From: an uncultured Oscillospiraceae bacterium
GTDB lineage: Bacteria; Bacillota; Clostridia; Oscillospirales; Oscillospiraceae
NCBI GenBank assembly: GCA_944382965.1
Contig: CALWOA010000009.1
Span: 24,500 to 88,499, forward strand
DNA length: 64,000 bases
Reading direction: 5' to 3'
Shown piece after piece: positions 58,829-64,000 of this stretch. Numbering within the stretch: position 1 is the first letter of the stretch; every line of letters begins with the position of its first letter. The position numbers and the translations under genes were made by a program. The notes below the pieces were generated by a model. That model had not been told where the DNA came from and did no database searches. It was given only the letters and a program-made list of their open reading frames with translations.

Positions 58829-59400
58829 AGCTTCGCCTCCATGACTTCCGGTGCCAGATGGCGCAGTGTCTGCCCCAGGCGGCACACGGGAAGTCCCATT
58901 ACGTTATAATAGTCGCCCTCCATCCGGGGACAGAACAGCGCCGCTCCCCCCTGGATGCCATAGGCGCCGGCCTTGTCCATCGGTTCGCCGGTGGCAACGT
59001 ATGCTTCGATTTCCTGCTGGGTCAGCGTCCGAAAATGCAGGTCGGTAACCTCGGTGAAGGTCTCGCTGCCCTGGTCCGTTACCACGGTGCAGCCGGTCAT
59101 CACCTGATGATCCCGACCGGAAAGCAGGGTGAGCATTTCCACCGCCTCCTGTGGGGAGTGGGGCTTGCCCAAAACTTTCCCCTGGCAGACCACAATGGTA
59201 TCCGCCGCCACCACCACATCTCCTTGCTGCCGGGGCAGGGCCAGGGCTTTGCACCGGCTGACCCGGGCAACCTCGTCAAAGGGCGCTTTTTCAGGGTCCA
59301 TGGTTTCATCAATATCCGCCGCCCGGACCACAAAGGGGATGCCAAACAGGCTCAGCAGTTCTTTCCGCCGGGGAGAGGCGGAAGCCAGAATCAGTTGCAT
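58825..59400 (-). CDS. maf: Maf-family nucleotide pyrophosphatase
   Basis: LILASASPRRKELL, ADTIV, GKP, DKAGAYGIQG, NVMGLP. Confidence 0.96.
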   Translation of the reverse strand: MQLILASASPRRKELLSLFGIPFVVRAADIDETMDPEKAPFDEVARVSRCKALALPRQQGDVVVAADTIVVCQGKVLGKPHSPQEAVEMLTLLSGRDHQVMTGCTVVTDQGSETFTEVTDLHFRTLTQQEIEAYVATGEPMDKAGAYGIQGGAALFCPRMEGDYYNVMGLPVCRLGQTLRHLAPEVMEAKL

Positions 59401-59430
59401 GTACAGGGTCCTTTCTGAAAATAGGGTGCG

Positions 59431-61512
59431 TTATTCCACGCCCCGCAGGTACAGTCCCCGGGTGCAGGCACCGGGGTCCAGGGGCTCAGGATTTAAGTAG
59501 TCGTTGAGAACCCGGTCCACTTCCCGGGAATTTTCTGTGGTGAAGTACAGCCGGATGGCCCAGATGCCCAGCTTTGCCAGGTCATCCTGCCGGTCCAGCC
59601 AGCTGAGCTTTTTGCCGTTGAGCAGCACGCTGCGGCAGCTGTCCCCGTCGCGGATGATGGGGAATTCCGCACCGGTTTTGTCGGTGAGTTTGGCCGGGCT
59701 CAAGTGGCAGGTGCATTCTCCGTTGCGGCCGTGGATCAGGCAGTGTTCGGTAATCATCAGCGGCAGACGACCGTAGGCAATCAGCTCGGCGTTCACCGCC
59801 TTGCCCAGATCCCGGATCTGGGGCAGGGTCATTTCAAAGCTGACAGTGGCGCTGGACACTTCAAAGCCCCGGAGCACTTCCATGGAGCCGGAGTTGTAGA
59901 TATTCAGGCCGAAATCGCCCCGAATCCGCATCTGGGCTTCCCGGACAGGGATCATCAGACCCAGGTTGCCGACCAACGCATCCTTGACTCCCAGCTGCCG
60001 CAGCTTGGAAAGACCCGCAGCCAGCTTGGGCATTTCTCCGTCGTGGACAATCCGGGGCAGGGCTACCGCCAGACGGCCCCGCTGCACCAGCCGGGCGGTC
60101 ATAGCTTCATCGGAGAGCAGAATGTGCATGGGCACATAGAGCATGGCGGTTTCCAGGTTCAGCAGACTGGGCGTCAGCTGCTCCCGGGTGGTGACCTGGA
60201 TGGTAAGCCCGGGCAGTCCCTTGACACCGGGATAATCCGGCAAAGGCTTGGGTCTGCGGATCACCGGGTCTTCCCGGCGGGCCCGGAGGGCGGTGAGCTG
60301 ATTCAGCACATCCCGGCGCATGGCGTTGATGGCGGCAGCGGAAATCACCAGTCCAGGCTCCACATGGGTGCGCACCTCGGCGCAGCGGAAAGGAGTGCCG
60401 CCGGTTTTCGCCACCCGCTGCGCAACCGCCGCCCCGGTCAGGGGGACATTCCGTGCCAGTTCCGGCTGGGGTCCCTGAGAGCGGCAGGTCCGCCCTTCCG
60501 GGTCCGTGGCGGTGAGATAGCTTCCGTTTGGCTCGATCACCACCCGGAATTTCAGATCCACCAGGGGAGTCTCGCCGGTTTCGTAGGACTGCCGGGCGGA
60601 TTCCAGCCATTGAGGATCGTCGCGGGTATCCTGGCGGGTGCCGAACATGTTCGCATCCACCCGGCCGGTGTAGTATCCATCGGTAAAGCCCTGGCGATTA
60701 AACGCAGTCATCAGAGCATCCATCATGGGCTTGGTGACCGTCCCTTCGTCCAGGGCCTTACGGTAGACGGCGGTGACGGTGGCCACATACTCCGGCCGCT
60801 TCATCCGGCCTTCTAATTTCAGGGAGGCCACGCCCATCTCCTCCAGCTCCCGGACATAGTGCACCAGGCAGTTGTCCTTCAGGCTCAGAGGGTATTTTTC
60901 CTGCCAGTGGGTGTAGCCGTAGCTTTGCCGGCAGGGCTGGGCGCAGCGGCCCCGGTTACCGGAGCGGCCGCCGATCATAGCGGACATATAGCACTGGCCG
61001 GAATAGCACATGCACAATGCGCCGTGGCCGAACACTTCAACTTCAATGGGAGATTTGGCACAGATATAGCGGATCTCCTCCCGGGTCAGTTCCCGGCTCA
61101 GCACCACCCGGTTCAGGCCCATGGCGGCGCACAGCTGGACACCGGACAGGGAATGGACGCTCATCTGGGTGGAACCGTGGATGGGAACCTTTGGGGCAAT
61201 CTGACGGCACAGCTGCACAACGCCCAGATCCTGAACGATAAAGGCATCCACGTTGTTCTGGGCCGCGTGGCGGATCAGATCGGAAAGGGCCTTCATCTCC
61301 CGGTCGGAGACCAGGGTGTTCAGCGTCAAATGCACCTGCACGCCCCGGATGTGACAGTATTTAATTGCGTCCACCAAGGTCTGGGGGGTAAAATTCTTTG
61401 CACTTTGCCGGGCATTGAAGTCACCGCAGCCTAGATAAACCGCATTGGCTCCGTTCTGTACCGCCGCCCGAAGGGCTTCCATGGAGCCCGCAGGCGCCAA
61501 AAGTTCCAGCAT
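59431..61512 (-). CDS. U32 peptidase-family Fe-S protein with DUF3656 (RlhA-like)
   Basis: ELLAPAG, HGSTQMS, HGALCMCYSGQCYMS, NRGRCAQPCR, KIEGR-like KLEGRMK; ~690 aa. Confidence 0.88.
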   Translation of the reverse strand: MLELLAPAGSMEALRAAVQNGANAVYLGCGDFNARQSAKNFTPQTLVDAIKYCHIRGVQVHLTLNTLVSDREMKALSDLIRHAAQNNVDAFIVQDLGVVQLCRQIAPKVPIHGSTQMSVHSLSGVQLCAAMGLNRVVLSRELTREEIRYICAKSPIEVEVFGHGALCMCYSGQCYMSAMIGGRSGNRGRCAQPCRQSYGYTHWQEKYPLSLKDNCLVHYVRELEEMGVASLKLEGRMKRPEYVATVTAVYRKALDEGTVTKPMMDALMTAFNRQGFTDGYYTGRVDANMFGTRQDTRDDPQWLESARQSYETGETPLVDLKFRVVIEPNGSYLTATDPEGRTCRSQGPQPELARNVPLTGAAVAQRVAKTGGTPFRCAEVRTHVEPGLVISAAAINAMRRDVLNQLTALRARREDPVIRRPKPLPDYPGVKGLPGLTIQVTTREQLTPSLLNLETAMLYVPMHILLSDEAMTARLVQRGRLAVALPRIVHDGEMPKLAAGLSKLRQLGVKDALVGNLGLMIPVREAQMRIRGDFGLNIYNSGSMEVLRGFEVSSATVSFEMTLPQIRDLGKAVNAELIAYGRLPLMITEHCLIHGRNGECTCHLSPAKLTDKTGAEFPIIRDGDSCRSVLLNGKKLSWLDRQDDLAKLGIWAIRLYFTTENSREVDRVLNDYLNPEPLDPGACTRGLYLRGVE

Positions 61513-61759
61513 AATCGTCTCTCCGTTCCAACAAAATAGCGTTGGGCACACTCCCGCACTTTATAATGTAGGCACAGTATACCATAACCGCCGGAAAACT
61601 TCCAGTCCTTCCGGCAGAATTCAAGAAAAATTCAAATCCTTCCCACAAATTGGTAAAAACTCCGCCGGATACCACTACATATTGTGGCCCGGGAAATTAT
61701 CACCAAAAATCCCCCCACGGGGGATAGAAAAAATTCCGGAAATGTGTTGAATTCTCCGG

Positions 61760-61788
61760 TTGACAATCCTTGGGGGAATTAGTAAAAT
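61760..61788 (+). promoter_or_regulatory. Sigma-A promoter of cooS-cooC
   Basis: TTGACA-N17-TAAAAT, 81 nt upstream of cooS. Confidence 0.8.
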
Positions 61789-61869
61789 AATATCGATACA
61801 CTATGCCCCTTGTGGGGTATGGGGTAAGTCTGTATTTCTAAGAATCTATTTGATTAGGAGGAAATCACT

Positions 61870-63774
61870 TTGAAGGATTGGGCATCTTTAACCACCATCG
61901 AGGAGATGGAAGCTGCTACCAACTCTCTGCTGGAAAACGCACAGAAGGTTGGCGCTGACACCTGGCAGCAGCGGGTCAAGAACCAGACTCCTCACTGCGG
62001 CTTTGGCGAATCCGGTACCTGCTGCCGTATCTGCTCCATGGGCCCCTGCCGCATCACCAAGAAAGCTCCCCGTGGCATCTGCGGCTGCGATGTTCATGGC
62101 ATCGTTGGCCGTAACTACCTGCGTTTCACCGCCGGCGGTTCCGCTACACACTCTGACCACGGCCGTGAAATCATGCACACCCTGCATCAGACCAAGGAAG
62201 GCGGCAACTACCAGATCAAGGACCCCGAAAAGCTGATCCGCATCGCTAAGGAATGGGGCGTGGAGACCGAGGGTAAGGACATCTACGACCTGGCTCACGA
62301 GATGGCTGAGATCGGCCTGCTGGAGTACGGCAAGCCCTTCGGCACCCAGCGTTTCCTGAAGCGGGCTCCCCAGCACACCCAGGACCTGTGGAAAGCTGCA
62401 GGAATTGAGCCCCGCGCCATCGACCGGGAAGTTTCCACCGCTATGCACATGACCCACATGGGCTGCTCTTCCCTGCCCGAAGCTCTGATCCGTCAGTCCC
62501 TGCGTTCCGGTCTGTCCGACGGCTGGGGCGGTTCCATGATGGGCACCGAGTTCTCCGACGTTATGTTCGGCACTCCCAAGCCTGTGGACACCACCGCCAA
62601 CATCGGCGTTATGGAGAAGGATAACGTCAACATCGTTGTCCACGGCCATGATCCCTCCCTGTCCGAGATGATCGTCTACTACGCCAACGATCCCGAAATG
62701 ATCGCCTATGCCAAGAGCCTGGGCGCAAAGGGCATCACCGTCTCCGGCGTCTGCTGCACCTCCAACGAAGTTGCTATGCGTCACGGCATCCCCATGGCCG
62801 GTAACTTCCTGAACCAGGAGAACGTGGTCCTCACCGGCGCCTGCGAAGCCATCGTTGTGGACGTGCAGTGCATCTTCCCCGCTCTGGGCCCCCTGAGCAA
62901 GTGCTTCCATACCAAGTTCATCACCACCTCTCCCATCGCCCGGATGCCCGACTCCGAGTTCATTCAGTTCCATGCCGAGACTGCCGGCGAAAACGCCAAG
63001 GCAATCGTGAAGATGGCCATTGAAAACTTCCAGAACCGGAACCAGGATCTGGTGAACATCCCCAACCAGAAGCAGAACGCCCGTGTGGGTTACTCCGTGG
63101 AAGCCATCCTGAAGGTTCTCGACGGCGTTGCCAACTCCCAGGTTGACGAGTTCGGCACCACCAAGCCTCTGCTGGAGTGCGTGACCTCCGGTGTCCTGCG
63201 GGGCGCTGTGGCTATGGTCGGCTGCAACAACCCCAAGGTGCGTCCCGACTCCGCCCACATCGGCCTCATGAAGAAGATGCTGGAAAACGACATCATCCTG
63301 ATCGTCTCCGGCTGCTCCGCTCAGGCTGCTGCCAAGGCCGGCCTCATGGACCCCGTGAAGGCCAAGGAGTACTGCGGCGACGGCCTCAAGCGCGTGTGCG
63401 AACTGGCCGGCATTCCTCCTGTCCTGCACATGGGTTCCTGCGTGGATATCTCCCGTATGCTGATTCTGGCTTCCGAGCTGTCCAAGGATTCCGGCATTCC
63501 CATCTCCCAGCTGCCTGTTGTGGGCTGCGCTCCCGAATGGATGTCCGAGAAGGCTGTCTCCATCGGCAACTACGTTGTGGCTACCGGTATCGAGACCTTC
63601 CTGGGCGTTGATCCCTACACCAAGGGCTCCGAGGAAGTGGCAAACCTGCTGCAGGGCGAGCACGGCATCAAGGATTGGGTCGAGGCAAGATTCGTTGTGG
63701 ATACCGACATCGACTCCCTGTGCGACAAGATGATCGCCTGCATCGAGGCCAAGCGTGAAGCTCTGGGCATCTGA
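61870..63774 (+). CDS. cooS: Anaerobic Ni-dependent carbon monoxide dehydrogenase catalytic subunit
   Basis: TTG start after AGGAGG. D/B-cluster CGFGESGTCCRICSMGPC..GICG; HSDH; C-cluster ligands HGH, CCT, QCI, GCNN, SGC, GSCVD; SEKA lysine. Confidence 0.96.
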   Translation: MKDWASLTTIEEMEAATNSLLENAQKVGADTWQQRVKNQTPHCGFGESGTCCRICSMGPCRITKKAPRGICGCDVHGIVGRNYLRFTAGGSATHSDHGREIMHTLHQTKEGGNYQIKDPEKLIRIAKEWGVETEGKDIYDLAHEMAEIGLLEYGKPFGTQRFLKRAPQHTQDLWKAAGIEPRAIDREVSTAMHMTHMGCSSLPEALIRQSLRSGLSDGWGGSMMGTEFSDVMFGTPKPVDTTANIGVMEKDNVNIVVHGHDPSLSEMIVYYANDPEMIAYAKSLGAKGITVSGVCCTSNEVAMRHGIPMAGNFLNQENVVLTGACEAIVVDVQCIFPALGPLSKCFHTKFITTSPIARMPDSEFIQFHAETAGENAKAIVKMAIENFQNRNQDLVNIPNQKQNARVGYSVEAILKVLDGVANSQVDEFGTTKPLLECVTSGVLRGAVAMVGCNNPKVRPDSAHIGLMKKMLENDIILIVSGCSAQAAAKAGLMDPVKAKEYCGDGLKRVCELAGIPPVLHMGSCVDISRMLILASELSKDSGIPISQLPVVGCAPEWMSEKAVSIGNYVVATGIETFLGVDPYTKGSEEVANLLQGEHGIKDWVEARFVVDTDIDSLCDKMIACIEAKREALGI

Positions 63775-63811
63775 TTTACTGAAAAACTGTTAAGCACGAG
63801 GTCTTTTTCCA

Positions 63812-64000
63812 ATGAAAGTAGCGATTACCGGTAAGGGCGGCGTAGGCAAGACCACCTTATCCTCCACATTGGCCCGTCTGTATGCCGACGAAGGCCGGAC
63901 GGTTCTGGCCGCCGATGTGGACCCGGATGCCAACCTGGGCCTGGCTCTGGGCCTGACCCAGGAGGAAGTGGATTCCATCGTCCCCATCTCCAAAATGCGT
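63812..64000 (+). CDS. cooC: CODH nickel-insertion ATPase CooC (partial, runs off the window)
   Basis: Not in the ORF track; hand translation MKVAITGKGGVGKTTLSSTLARLYADEGRTVLAADVDPDANLGLALG. Confidence 0.9.
   Translation, partial: MKVAITGKGGVGKTTLSSTLARLYADEGRTVLAADVDPDANLGLALGLTQEEVDSIVPISKMR

Noticed and set aside
59431-61512. U32 protein as a collagenase or virulence protease
   Set aside because: The Cys motifs match the Fe-S U32 hydroxylation family (RlhA/TrhP-like); there is no signal peptide and the context is housekeeping.

Overview
A 64 kb, GC-rich chromosomal window from an anaerobic Firmicute. Gene content and order suggest a gut Clostridia/Oscillospiraceae-like organism (inference). 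I found no rRNA, tRNA, CRISPR array, prophage or intact transposon. Left to right: (1) 1-6.2 kb, a six-gene minus-strand operon (FkbH-like HAD protein, acyl carrier protein, MBOAT, two SGNH lipoproteins, DUF4358-like lipoprotein). It reads like a dlt/alg-type trans-membrane acylation machine in which an FkbH glyceryl-loading enzyme replaces DltA, and it is the best candidate here for an uncharacterised system. (2) 6.3-8.5 kb, an ABC-ATPase relic, a PLP trans-sulfuration-family lyase and an IS3/IS150 relic. (3) 8.5-30.8 kb, a host-glycan utilisation island: two AraC regulators, an orphan URO-D-like TIM-barrel protein, a sugar ABC importer, KdgK, Eda, IclR/KdgR, sulfatase with its radical-SAM maturase, GH112 phosphorylase, KduD, KduI, GH88, DUF2264, a CBM-like protein and NahK. 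(4) 31-42.5 kb, a two-component system, a DUF1113-type membrane protein, a 1420-aa activator/dehydratase-like fusion and a stand-alone RND pump with a ~330-aa coiled-coil insert. (5) 42.8-61.5 kb, core genes: dCMP deaminase, hrcA-grpE-dnaK-dnaJ with CIRCE, fbp, upp, tsaB, tsaE, prfA, rlmA, polysaccharide deacetylase, pbp2, mreD, mreC, maf and a U32 protein. (6) 61.9-64 kb, an intact Ni-CO dehydrogenase cooS and the start of cooC. All assignments come from motif recognition by eye; no database searches were run.
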